From: Geosiphon pyriformis uo1
Taxonomy: Eukaryota; Fungi; Glomeromycota
DNA: 64,000 nt
Direction of reading: 5' to 3'
Assembly (NCBI GenBank): GCA_016748015.1
Contig: JAAOMT010000135.1
Span: 310,001 to 374,000 of the forward strand
Below, piece after piece: positions 30,087-43,215 of this stretch. Both the position numbers and the translations under genes were made by a program. Numbering within the stretch: position 1 is the first letter of the stretch; the number at the start of each line of letters is the position of its first letter. A model generated the notes under the pieces. The model had not been told where the DNA came from. It was given only the letters and a program-made list of their open reading frames with translations, and made no database searches.

Positions 30087-30657
30087 GGTACTAAACCTAT
30101 TACGAATACTACTATTACTTTTTTAATCAAAATTATCATCATTATTAATATATTTGTATCATATTATTTACATCATATTATTTACATATATATATAAACG
30201 TTTATTAACACATATATTTTAAAAGTCTTAAATTATTTTCTAATCTTATAATATTATATAATAATTCTTTCTGCGATTTTCTCTTGATTAGACATACGAA
30301 AACGCGTATGATCATTTTTCAACCTCTTATTCGTATTCGTGGTTTCGTGTAAAACTTGAAAAAAAAAAATTTATATATTTTTTTTATATCAAAACCTGTT
30401 TTTTTATTCACCCAGCCGCTTTTTTTTTTTTTTTTACCTGAACGAAAATTTCTTGCAAAGAAGATTTTCTTCCTTACCCTTAACCACTATTCTATAAAGG
30501 AATTTATGTCGTTTCTGTCGTTGATAAAATTTTGGGATACTAATTTGTTTTATCGTGAATACAACAACCACTGTTTTCAAGATTACAACCAAGGACACGA
30601 CAGATACCATAAACCTTGTTACCAACAAAGTTTTTCATTGATAACATTATCGAAAGC

Positions 30658-30712
<55 letters not shown>

Positions 30713-30912
30713 GCAACAGCAACAGCAACAACAACAACAACAACAACTTCTTTACCACCATATTATCAAATAATAGTCCATTTTACACTAGCAATAACGG
30801 CAATATCAAAAATATTACTAAAAATACAACAACTGCAACAACTGCAGCAAACATCGATAATAACCCCATCACCGACCCAATTAAATAATATTACATCAAA
30901 CTCGAAAATAAC

Positions 30913-32977
30913 ATGATATTTTCAAAAAAATCACTTTGGCTCATAGAAGCATTACTTTACTCGGCTTTGGTAAATTCGACCGTGCCCGAGTTTGGTGATT
31001 TGCTTTTTACCCAGATTTTGATCACCCTTGCTTATGGACTGGTCCATAAATTAAACTTAAATTCATTAATGGTATGTTGATTACTTGTTAACTCATACTG
31101 TTCCGGAAAATCTTCAATTTACTAAAATCTATCCAATCTATACCTCTCTCTTAGCCCATTCAAAATCTGACAATATGTGACATCAACAACAACAACAACA
31201 ACAACAAAAATAATAATAATAATAATCTTTTTTCGACACCAAAGGAACTTTTATCACAACCAAAATCCCCAATTCGAAGATCACCTTTAAAAACATTCCC
31301 TGTAGTGGAAACTCAACTGAAAGTCATTGATCGCATGAAAGAAGAGAATGAACAATTACTAGCTTGTCTTTTAAACATGGAACATGAACGAAAAAATTCA
31401 CCAAGACGAAAATCTTTTTTTGATAATGACACCGATACTCTAAATGATTCTGATAGTGACGATCATCAATTTAATAATAATTCCCCTCACAATAGAAAAT
31501 TTCAACTAAATAGAAAATCATTGAGAAAGGACAATGAAATCAAATTTAATCCCGTTACTACTAGGAATCTAAGAATTAAGATTCTACCAAAAAAACAAGA
31601 AGAATCTTTTACTGCCGATTTTGACCATCTCGATGAAGCATTATACGCTGAAGCAATGGCAAAAAGGAATATTGATCCTGAATCTCCGATTACCTCCGGG
31701 TCTCCCTCACCACGTCCTAATTCTGGCTATACGAGTTCCGCGAGTAATCCTTACAGTAGACATGGTGATAATAATTCTGATACTGATTTAACCGATTATT
31801 CATCTGATCTTGATGATTGTAATTCACCCGTATGGGACGAGAAAGAAGAGTCAAAAAAAGTTGTTCATTATAAAAATAAGTTGTTTGACATGTTGGAGGA
31901 AAGGGACCCTTCCGAAACTTTTAATCTTGAACAAGTGAATTCTGGGTATGTATAACAGCGTTGTTATTTATTTATCTAATTTGTTTGATTTAGCTCTTGT
32001 TTGAAAAACTTCTAACAATCCCGTTTTTTTATAAAAATATAGTGGTACCAGTAAAGTGTACAAAGCTACTCATACCAAAATCCCAGGAAAGATTATCGCC
32101 ATAAAAGCAATGTCAATTCCGGAATTGAAACTTCTAAATTTAACCTACTCAGAAGTGATCGCATCTAGAGTCTTACGACATCCAAATATCGTGCAAAACT
32201 TAACACAATCTCGTGTCGATGATAAATTATGCCTGATGATGGAATATTGTGAACGAGGAAATCTATGTGATTTTCGAAATAAAAAACCCGGCAAGAAATT
32301 TTCCGAGAACGAAATTGCATTTATAATAGGAGAGATTTTACAAGGATTAAATTATATACATTCCTTGGGATATATTCATCGCGATATTAAGTCACAGAAT
32401 ATTCTTGTAACTGAGGATTGTAAAATTAAAATTGGTATGAATTCGTGGGAATTGAATTGTTTTGTCCGCGTGTTGGCTTTTAATTTCACACTTGACATTT
32501 TACTAATACTTTCTAATTCTGACCTTTTTACAGCTGATCTGGGTTCCATGTCACTTCAATCACGAGCTGCTCTCAAAGTTGGAACTTTATATTGGATGGC
32601 ACCAGAGGTACTATTCGAGGAAGTATACGATAATAGAATTGATGTATGGTCATTAGGGATAACTGCGATCGAATTAATTGACGGTAAACCTCCTTGGTAT
32701 CCATTGGGTCAACGAAGGGTTAGTGAACACAAATTTATTTTTGTCATGAGTTTAATACTGATTCAAATCAACGTATCTGATAAATGAAACTGTCGGTTTT
32801 TAGGTTGTGGAAATGATACGAACGGTAGGCACACCACCATTACCGGCAGACATTTCCTCGGAATTCGAATCATTCTTACGAGATTGTCTTACCGTGAACC
32901 CACAAGATCGCCCCAGTGCCTCAGATCTTTTACGTCATCCCTTTTTAGAACAAGTGAAATCTATTATAATGAAATAA
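30913..32977 (+). CDS. Divergent STE20/PAK-like Ser/Thr kinase. Exons ~30913-31071, 31155-31945, 32043-32434, 32534-32718, 32804-32977
   Basis: IAIK, HPNIV, MEYCERG, HRDIKSQN, DLG, VGTLYWMAPE, DVWSLGITAIELIDGKPP, RPSASDLLRHPFL. The first exon is inferred from splice phase and is less certain. Confidence 0.85.
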
Positions 32978-33070
32978 TTTTTAGATTTGAGAAAAGTAAG
33001 GGAGAATTTTTCAGGAAAAATTCAAGTGTTAAATGAGTTGAACATTGAAATGGAAAAAAACTTGGGTATT

Positions 33071-33139
33071 GGGGAGGAGGAGGAGGGGGAGGAGGAGGGG
33101 GAGGAGGAGGGGGAGGAGGAGGGGGAGGGGGAGGGGGGG
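33071..33139 (+). repeat. G-rich (GGA/GGGGGA)n purine tract
   Basis: Direct reading, ~95 nt after the kinase stop codon. Confidence 0.9.
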
Positions 33140-34199
33140 AATTAGATTGTTGGATTAGTTTTAGAAGAATCTTGGGGGTTTGAATATTGGGAATTGAAAG
33201 CAATCAATTTGAAATTGGGGCTTTGGGTTCTTAGAGAGGGGGAATCATATTGAGAAATTAGAAAAATTAATAAGTGAAAAAGATTTGGGCGAAATCATTG
33301 ATTAATGATTTGAACCAAATAAAAATTAGTCGATTTTTTTCAGTGAAAAAAAAAAAAAAGTAATGGGACTGAAATTTCATCAGTGTTCAAAAAAGTATTT
33401 TCAAACATTCATTCTAACAGTAAGACTATTTGGTAACTTTATTAACTAGAAAATGTGCTCACTTCCCCCACTCAAAATAACCCTTATAAACATTAAAACT
33501 ACTATTGCTAGAACTTGATAATTTATAAAGAAGACTTGAAAGAAAAGAACGCGGCCTGGAATACCATGTTGTTAGTATCGCTGATTTATCCAAAACACAA
33601 TGTACCCCCTCTATTTCTTGTAATTAACATTTATATCTCGAGACTGTGAAAAATATTGAAAGTCAATCATGACTTTGGATTTTACGCTTCTTTCTTTGAA
33701 AAATCTTTAATGTTCATGAACGAGGCCCAAGCAATGAGAATCCGACGGTACTTCACCATCAATAACATGGCTAGCCATAGATAGATACCATAAATTAAAC
33801 AAGAGCCAAAATGGAAAAATCATATTTTTATGTGATGATCTCACGCGTAAAAACTCGACTCTGAAAGTAAAATTAGTCCAAAGAGAAAAATAAAATTTTC
33901 ACTGCTATTTAAACGAAAGAGTTTTGAGAACAAAGTTTAAAAATTGGGGTGATCATTTTGAATAATAACCTATTTTTTTTTATATTCATAATAAAATATA
34001 TTATATATATAAGTTTTTTTTTTAAATAATAATAATTATAGTTGATTTTTACACTAAATATAAATATAATATAATTTATATATTTTTTTTAAGTAAAATA
34101 AAATAAAATAAAATAAAATAAAAATCAATTTTTAATAAATTTTTAATAAATTAATAAAATTTAAATATTAAAAACCCTAATTTCAAAATTATATATTAA

Positions 34200-35450
34200 A
34201 ATTAATACAAAAAATGGGATTAGATCTTATTCATAAAAATAAAATAAACTATATAAAATTTATATAAATTTTAATTTAAATTATTTAAATAACTTAAAAT
34301 TGTTTTTATAATATTTAAAGTTTAAAATTTTATATTTTATTCTAATTATAGTATTTTATTATATTTGTAAATAATTAATAATATATTGTTTAAAAAAAAT
34401 AATTAAACTAATTATATTTTTTACAAATAGTTAAAATTATAAAATTATAATAAAATATTTATTAATAATATAAAAATTACAAAAAAAAATTTTTTATTAA
34501 AACTTATTTTTAATTTTAAAATTTTAATAAAACAAATTTGGTTTTAATATTTATAACAAAATTAGATTAAAATAATAAAAAACCCAATTAATTTTATCAA
34601 AAAACCAATTTTAATAACAATAAATACAATTAAATTTAATAATTTCTAAAGTTTAGATTTTAATAAATCAATTTTAATATTAAAATCAATATTAATTAAA
34701 CTATTAATAAAAATAATAATATGTAATTCAAAAAAACAATAATTTTAATATAAAATATTAAATAAATTAATTAATTAACAAAAATTTTAAATACAATAAA
34801 ATACTTAAAATTTAGGTTTAAAAAAAAAAACAGTTTAATAAATAAAAATCAAATAATTTAAATTTTAATATTTGTAATAATACTAATATTTAAATTTTTA
34901 ATTTTTATATAAAATATTAATTTTAATAATTATTTTATTAAAAACTTTTTTAAAATTAAAAATAACAATAAAAAAATTATTAATATTAAAAAATTTAAAA
35001 TAAAACAAATTTAATTATTAACTAAAAATATATTTTATAATATATATAAGTTTTATACTTAAAAATAAAAATTCAATTTATAAAAATAAACTTTTTTAAT
35101 TAAAAATAAATAATTATAAAAATTTTTTCTTATTTATTTATTTAAAAAATAAGTATTATTGTTATTTTTTTTAAAAATTTTCATTTTTAAAAATTTATAA
35201 AAATTTATAAAACTTGATTTATTATATAAATATATTGTATTAATAAAATTAAGCCAAATTTTAGCAAAAAATTTGAAGTTTTATATAAATAAAATAATTT
35301 TAACAAAAAATAAAATTTTTTTATAAAAAAAATAAAAATTAATTTATTTATATAATATATATTAAGTTTATATTTTATTTTAATAATAATAAAAAATTTG
35401 AGTCAATATAAAAATTTACTATTATATAAAAAAAATGAAAATTTTAAATT
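34200..35450 (-). mobile_element. Extremely decayed ORF1-type relic
   Basis: 34850-35030 resembles 2805-3000 (AAATAATTTAAATTTTAATATTTGTAATAATA vs AATAATTAATTTAAATATTAATATTTGTAATAGTA). Confidence 0.45.
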
Positions 35451-36284
35451 ATTTAATAATTTCAAAAAAACAGATTGTTATTTAAATTCAAAAAATAATA
35501 ATAAATTAATTAAACATTTAATTAAACAATTAAAAAAAAATTTTTTTTATAGAAAATAAATTTGTTATAAATTTTAAACAGTATTTTTAAAAAATTTAAT
35601 TTAATTTATATTAATTAATTAATCAAAAACATTTTTATACAATTTTTTTTTATTAAACATTTTATGAGTGCTGCCTAATTACTATATTTTTATACAATTG
35701 AAATTACATATAATATAAAATTCTAAATTTCAGATTGATAATCAAAACTTAATAATTTCGAATGTTCTGTATCATATTTTATAATTATAATTATAATTAA
35801 TAAAATTATTATAAATATAAATAAAATTATAATTTTATACAAATTATTTGTATTAATTAATTTTGTACATAATTTTAATTTCTATTTATAGAATATTAAT
35901 ATATATTAATATTAATTGTTATTATATTTTATATTAAAAATAAAATCTCAATTACATGAATATTAAAAATTTTTTTTTTAAGTATTAAAATATTTCAAAA
36001 ATTTATATTATTTTTTTATTTGACACATTTTTTTTTAAATAATTTCTTTGTTATTTTATAATAAACAATCTTATTAATGTCTTTTACATTATTTTTTTTC
36101 TTTAAAACACAATGTTAACTTTGAGTTTTTGCTTTTTACAAGGTTTGATAAAAGTGATCAGATAATCGATTAGCCTATAATGAAAAAGTTGAAAGGTTAA
36201 AGTAAAAAAATTCTCGAGGAAAACATCATATCACTAATCATCAGATTCATCAAATTCTTAATTTGGATAGTTTATTATTATTAC

Positions 36285-36366
36285 CATCATCATCATCATT
36301 ATCATCATTATCATCATTATCATCATTATCATCATTATCATTATCATCATTATCATCAATATCATG
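36285..36366. repeat. (ATC/ATT)n microsatellite
   Basis: Direct reading. Confidence 0.85.
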
Positions 36367-36815
36367 GTTTTAAGAACATGAACTCGTGAAAATCTCGCAG
36401 TTACCTACCCACAAGATCATCTTTAAAGAAAAACAAACAAACCACATTGTTAATTTTTATGTTGTTTATTAATTTCCAAAGAGTACAGTTTATAAAAATA
36501 AAAAATATTAAAGTCAAAAATTTTATATTGACAAGAAACCATGTTTAATAAAACCAGTTTGTGATTATGATACTTAAATTGCTTGGGGTGGTGGCCGCGG
36601 TTGAGAAATTTATATAGGATACATAGGATAGTTTGTTAATGATTATGATTTTATTAAAAAAATATTCTATTCGGGGGGCAATTAAAAAAGAGTCTCCGCT
36701 CATTAAATTCTGACTCCTATATATAAACTTGGTCTCCCCTTTTTCTTTTCTCCTACGACTTATCAAAAGTTTTAAACCTTATCTACACAGAGGTCCCTTT
36801 CAAAAACCTAGAGTT

Positions 36816-37301
36816 ATGAGTTTCAAAAAGTCAAAAAATCCTCATGAACCTGGGACATCCTTAGCATGGCAGCAATATGAAACCTTACAACTTGCCACAA
36901 ATTCTGTCCAACAACAACAGCAACAGCAACAAGAACGGCAAGAGCAACAGGTAAAACAAGTAGAATTACAGCAAGAACAAAAGGTTTTAAAAAAACTACT
37001 TCCCCACCGTCAAAGGTCGCCATCTTCACCTAAAAACCTACCCCTACAAGCTCTTCCGGTTGCCCAGGTGGATATCTCAGTTGAACAACCGTCAGTAAAT
37101 CCTCCTCAACCGTCTGTGGCACCAAAACGATCATCAGCCAACAAAGCTTTTCGGCGCTCGGCAAGATTGCAGGAATGTGCTCGGCAAGGACAACCATATG
37201 CAAATTCCGTCCCTCCAACTGGTACTCGATTCCAGAAATCTCGTTCTCAAAAGACCAATGCTAAAAAAAAACTTAATGAAATGAAGAAATTAGCATATTA
37301 A
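36816..37301 (+). CDS. Orphan low-complexity basic protein (161 aa; polyQ, Pro-rich, RRSARL motif)
   Basis: GC-richer island with CpGs retained, single ATG-TAA ORF, TATATATAAA at 36718-36727. No recognisable domain. Confidence 0.5.
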   Translation: MSFKKSKNPHEPGTSLAWQQYETLQLATNSVQQQQQQQQERQEQQVKQVELQQEQKVLKKLLPHRQRSPSSPKNLPLQALPVAQVDISVEQPSVNPPQPSVAPKRSSANKAFRRSARLQECARQGQPYANSVPPTGTRFQKSRSQKTNAKKKLNEMKKLAY

Positions 37302-39329
37302 AGCTCTTTTGAATTGTATATACAGTATGGAAAAAAAATCTTGTCCTAAAGATATGTAATAAATATTTGTGAAATTAAACATACTGTTTAAGTTCAAATT
37401 GTCTTTTTAGATCAATATGGTTAGTTGGAATTATTAACTGACCGTTTCATTGAAAGTTTTTAAAGTACAATTAAGAAAGATATAAAAAAACAACAGCGGT
37501 TGAAATTAAATCGTTTTATGTTTAAAAAAGTGAACAAGTGTTTTAAATATTTTTAATAAAAGTTTTATTAACAAAACTTAGTTAAATCAATATTTTATTT
37601 TATTTTATTTTATTTTATTTTATTTTATTTTATTTTATTTTAAAAAAAGGAATAAAAAACTGCCTATATTTTATGTTTAGATTTTTTATAAATAAACATT
37701 ATTTAAAATAAAATTATAATTCTAAAATCACATATAAAAATAGAATCAATTAAAATTTATTTGATAGTTATTTTTATAAATTATAAAAAAATTAAGTTAT
37801 TAGATTTTTGTATAAAATATATGAGAAAAAAAAAATCATATTACTCTTCCTCATTGATTTTAATGTTTACATATTTTTTTATTTAGCATTTACTCATACT
37901 TTAATTATGATGATGAATTTTTTTATAATTATTTTGCTTAATGGAACTTTTACTTATGTAAAATAACTATATCAAATTGATTGATTAAAATTGATTAGTT
38001 TTAGCTATTGCTTTGTCTATTTACCTTTTGGTCATACGTGTTCTTAGGGGCTGATTGAAAATTATATTATTTTTGATTTATTATACAAAGACTTAATAAA
38101 TTATTTTTAATCGTTGATTCATAAGGGATCTGTCAGAGATAAGAAAACGCCCAGCCCTTTTTTGAAATTTTTAAACTTTATTATTCAGCAGTGCCCTCTC
38201 AAAATTTCATTTTTACCAAATCCCAGGGATCCTAAATTAATTTTTCATAAAGTAAAAGCCTCTAACTCGGTTGAAACGTGTAATCATGGGAATTTAGAAT
38301 TAAATTACATCATTTAACTTTAGAGATTTAATTAATGATGATAAACAACAAAAAAATGTTCCAATGAAGATTCCTTCCCGAAGATCACTTATATTAGAAC
38401 GAAACATCCCACAAAGTATGTTCGGTATTTACGGATATGGGACAAATTTTTAATACCTATTAATCGTTAAAAGTTATTGTTTTGAAATCAACAATTTTAT
38501 GCGCCATAGATTATCCCTCATGACAATGCATTTCCAAAGATCGACGACAATTTTTCATTAATAAACATGATACCATGTATATAAATTTATATTTGTTTAT
38601 ATTAGTACACAACTTTATTGTAAAATGACGTATATATTAGCCCAAAATTTGAAAGAAAAAACACATTCCAAGATTAGAAAAGTTCTAAATTCTACTAGTT
38701 ATTATGAGCGTCCTGCAAAAAAAGGATATTAAAAGTTATTTGTTTTATTACAATTGGCTTAAAAAGAGTTTTAACCAAGAATAATAAATATCTTTATGTT
38801 AGCTTTTTTTTTTTGTATTAGTTTTCAATAGTTTGGAATTTTTTTTGCATTGAATTGTAACTAAATTGAATTTAATATATTCAAAAATATAAATTAATAT
38901 TATTTTTAATTTATATTTATTATAATAATTAAATTTTATATTGTATGTTAAAAAAAATTATTGTAATAATGATAGAATAAATTTTATTAATGCAAAAAAG
39001 TTTATTAATATACTTTTAAATACTTTTAATTTATTTTTGTATTGTTAATTTAAGTTGTATTGTTTTTGTTTTAATATTTTTAAATATTGTTGCAGTTGTT
39101 TTTTAATAAAAGTAATATTTTGTTTTATTTTTATAATATTTAAAAGTTTTTGTTTTTTTGTTTTTTTTTTGTTTTTTTAAATTCTTTAATAGAACTTATA
39201 AATTACTAAATTAATTAAAAAGTAGATTAGTATAATAAAATATAATAAAAAAAATATTTATTTAAGATTATATTTTATTTTAAGTTTTTTAAACCAAAAA
39301 AAAAAAATACATAAAATATAACTTTTTTA

Positions 39330-39640
39330 ATTAATTAATAATATTTAAAAACAAATAAACATAGGGCAGCTTTGGAAAAAAGCAATGATTTACTATTTGG
39401 TATCTCAGTTTTTTCTATTTTACCCAATTTACTAACTCTGTTTTTGAATGTTATAATCTATATATTTGGTATTTATAAAGTACATAGTGTGTTATTTAAC
39501 ATATGGTCTTTGTATTTGTTGTATTCTGGCATAAACAGTAGCATAGTTATTTTAATAAACCAGTAGTATTGTTTAGATTAATCTAAATAGCTGGTTATAT
39601 ATAGCAAGTGCATAATTTATATTTAGTTTAGAACTTTTTT
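39330..39640 (+). mobile_element. 5'-truncated LINE 3' fragment (ORF2 C-terminus plus tail)
   Basis: ORF 39372-39566 ends at TAG followed by TATTGTTTAGATTAATCTAAATAGCTGGTTATATATAGCAAGTGCATAATTTATATTTAGTT, a copy of the LINE tail. Confidence 0.65.
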
Positions 39641-39859
39641 TATTGTATTATATTAGATAATAAATGAGTTTTATTTGTTAAATTAATAATAAAAAAACAA
39701 ATATATTAAGTAAATTTTTTTTTGTAAATAAAAAACAATATAAAATTTAAAAAATTAGAGAATTAATTTTTTTTATATTAAAATAATTTTTATTTTTAAC
39801 ATTAAAACAAATTTTTTTTTTTTTAGTATTTTATGAATACAGCCCAACTATTATCTAGT

Positions 39860-42800
39860 ATACAGAAACATAAAAGAGAATTCAACTAAACATAGCTTAT
39901 GAACTTATTATATGTAATTGGCTATTTAAACCAATTAAGACAATACTATGTATTTATATAAACATTTATACTATTATTTATACTTAAAAAAAAAAGCAAG
40001 CCTTATGTAAATCAAAACTAATAACAAAAAATTCAAAAATATTAAGTAAATAGACAACACTAGCTGAAAAAAAACATGACATATCACTAGAAGCTATAAA
40101 AACTAAATTATTATTACTAATTAGATTACTTTTCTTTATATTAACTCTAAATTTTGTCTTTAGCAGTCACAACTTACTTTGATGTTTCTTAGTCAAACCA
40201 TATATAAAATTTACTATCAATTTAACTATTTTTTTTTTATCTTTAAACATTGCAGCCATTTTATCAATCCAGTCTTTAAACACAAAACTTTTGCACAAAA
40301 CTGCATAAAAACTAATATTTAAAATTCCAAAAAAGAGTATATATAATACCACAAAAGAAAACAAAGAGTGACCAGTCATCAAAAATTTTCATAGATCTAT
40401 ATAATTCACCAAGATTTAAGAATGCACATTAGCATTTTCTGAACAAATAAAAATGTGATCTGGTAATTCAATATCTTTACATAATAAGCACAGAACACTT
40501 GGATAAGCTTTGTCATACAGTTTTTTTTTAACTGCAGTTGACAGTCTCCTATAAACAGCTTTCATTAAATATATACAAATAGTGACAGAAATTTTGTTAA
40601 TAAAACCCAACAACATATAAGAATTCAAATATTACACTACAGTAGTACTATTTCAGTCTATGTTTTTAATCAATAACTTTTTAACTACACATATACTAAA
40701 ACCAACTTCTTATTGGGCATAACAAACAGACTGAAAAATGTTCTGAACAAAGTGGTAAGAATTCTTTAATATAATCTTACTATCAGCTATAATAAACTTT
40801 TTGTGGATTTTTACAAGAAAAACAAAGCCAGAACAGACTGCTTCACATGTAAAGACATTAGCCCTCTTATTACTAACATTCTTAGAATGATCTTTGATCT
40901 TTACTTACCTAACAAAAATATTCTTAGATCTTATCAAATTGACTATATGATGCCTTTCTATCCAGCATCTGTTTTAAAAGTCTGGTTAGTAAAGTAAAAG
41001 CTTCAACTTATAAGCATTTAATACAGTTTGACTGTTTATGTGTACTGTTACCAAACATAATAATAGAACACATTCCAAAGTCAAAGCAACTGTTTGAAGT
41101 TTAGTTAACATAGATAAAAACAGTCTATATACTTTAATATTAACATTTTCTCTAATATTAAAAATTAAGCCACTGATTTACTAGAATCTTTTACCATACC
41201 TAACAGTCTTAAAAAACCATCTATGTATACATTAAACTCATCAGCCCACAATTCATACAAGTCATCTTAAACAACTAAAAAGTTATTTAAACAAAGAAAG
41301 TTTGAGCAATTAAATGCACCATTATTTCCACTAAATCCAATTGGGTTTTTATTTATATAAATTAATGTCTTTTTAAATCATAATAATATTAGACTCCTCG
41401 AACTCAATCTTTTCTAATAACAAAAAGTACTTCAACTTATTACCAATTTTTGTTTATCCAATAATCTGTTATCAAAGACAACACCAAAATGCTTTAACAA
41501 ATAAATTACTTTAAAATAAAAGAAATCACTCAAAATTAAAGATATTAGAAACTGGCCAGCACTACAAAATACATTAAGTAAGTTGTTGAACAAGGAAATC
41601 TTATTATCCAAAAAAATTTTCACAACACCTGCCAAAAAGTTATTTACTGAACTGACTTTTAATCTAACAAGATATTGCAAAGAATTTAATAGAGTCTAAT
41701 CTAAGACTTGCAAGTTTAGAAAACAATATTTAAACAGATGCTTAAGAATTCCAAGTGTATTAGCAAACATGACCAAAGAAGTGATTTTGCTTTCTGCTTG
41801 CAATTGCTTAAATGATTTCAAATCATAAAAAAAAAAATGATGTAAAATCTTGATTAGGAAATCACTTGGCAGATTGGTTTTAAATCTTAGTCTTCTTCTC
41901 AGTAAAACATTTCACTTCTAATAAACAGTTTTAGAAATAAAACTAAATTGCATATAGTAGTTAATTATGGGCTATAAGACTGTTGAAACCATATATGAAA
42001 ATTGTTTATCCAACAATGTTTTTCTGAAAACCAAGTTGGAAAAAAATTTAACATCAAATTGAGCTTTGGCAAGACTAAATTTAAACAAATTATCTGTTAA
42101 CAAATAGATTTCTAAATATTTATGATGTTCACCATGTTTGGCTATAGAAATTGGCTGACCATAAATTTACAAAGATGCAATTCTGATCTTTTAATTAATT
42201 AAGATTACCACAGTTTTGTTGTTGTTAATGGAAATATTATTCAGCTCAAAAACTCACTAACAATATTCAAAATATGTTGTGTTAAAGTCTTATCATTTCC
42301 AACCCAAATTGTATTATTGAAAATGTATTTGTTGTAAAAAAAAAAATTTACTTTCACTGGTTTTTACTCTGCCCATTTTTGCCACAAAGTTCATATTAAT
42401 TCTGTACCCATACAAGTATTCTTGTCTTTTAATCTTACACAACAAGAAATCATAAAAGATCCTTTACAAAAAAAGTGAAAACATTTTACTCTGGTCCAGT
42501 TCATCTATTATCATATAACTATCTAAAAGACCAAAATTAGTTATTACTCTGTTAATTTTGTTCATGTGTATATTCCCAAAAAATTTTATGAATCTGCCAC
42601 ACATTTTGACATGCTTTAGACTAGCCTTAAAATAATACCACCTAATTAAATTATAAGCCTTATACATATTCTAAAAAACCAGGCAAATTTTATAGCCTTT
42701 TTCCAAAACATCCTTTACTATAGAATCAACAGCAAAAACAGAAGAATAAGTCAAAATACTCTTTAAAATAGAAAAGTTGTTATTACAAAGCACATTATAC

Positions 42801-43215
42801 TTGATGCAAGCAGATGAAATTTGGTCTAACAAAATCTTCCTAATCATTTTAATCAGAATAATAGGTCGTGTATTTGTTAAGATATTATTCTATTTATATA
42901 ATTTAGAGATCATTAAAACTTATGCTCTTTTTTAATAAACAGAAATCTTCTAAGAGACAAATAAAAGTTCAGCAGATCTAGTAAGCACCCAACTATTATC
43001 TTGTCATAGTGTTTATATAACTTATTCAATATATTAAACAAACTAACAGTTTTGCTATTAGGCAAACTATTAATAACTTGAACCAATTTGCTTATATTGA
43101 TTAAATTCATTACATCAGAAAAGACATTCTCATTAACATAACTTAGTAGTGCATATTAACAAGACTATATAACAAGAAATATTAATAACATCTTATATTT
43201 TTTTATCTAATTTAT
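39860..43215 (-). mobile_element. Decayed LINE ORF2 (RT + RNase H + C-terminal Cys/His motif), cut at 43215 by LTR element A
   Basis: RT remnants: LPNSKTVSL..LYKH, MYKAYNLI (for DxxKAYD), LDQSKMFSLFL (for QGxxxSPxL), F-NNTIWVG (for FVDD), HKYLEIYL. RNase H remnants: VYIDGFL, KLQTVALTLEC, INSQ, KIKDHS..SNKRAN. C-terminal CLLCKDIELPDHIFIC. Confidence 0.88.

Noticed and set aside
29957-30888. Poly-ER, poly-LS, poly-L and poly-N ORFs
   Set aside because: Translations of (CT)n and (AAT)n microsatellites.
32964-33203. Poly-proline ORF on the minus strand
   Set aside because: Translation of the G-rich tract; non-ATG start and overlaps the kinase 3' end.
38320-38731. Possible small spliced gene (GTATGT/GTATAT donors, short open frames)
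   Set aside because: Could not build a consistent start-to-stop model.
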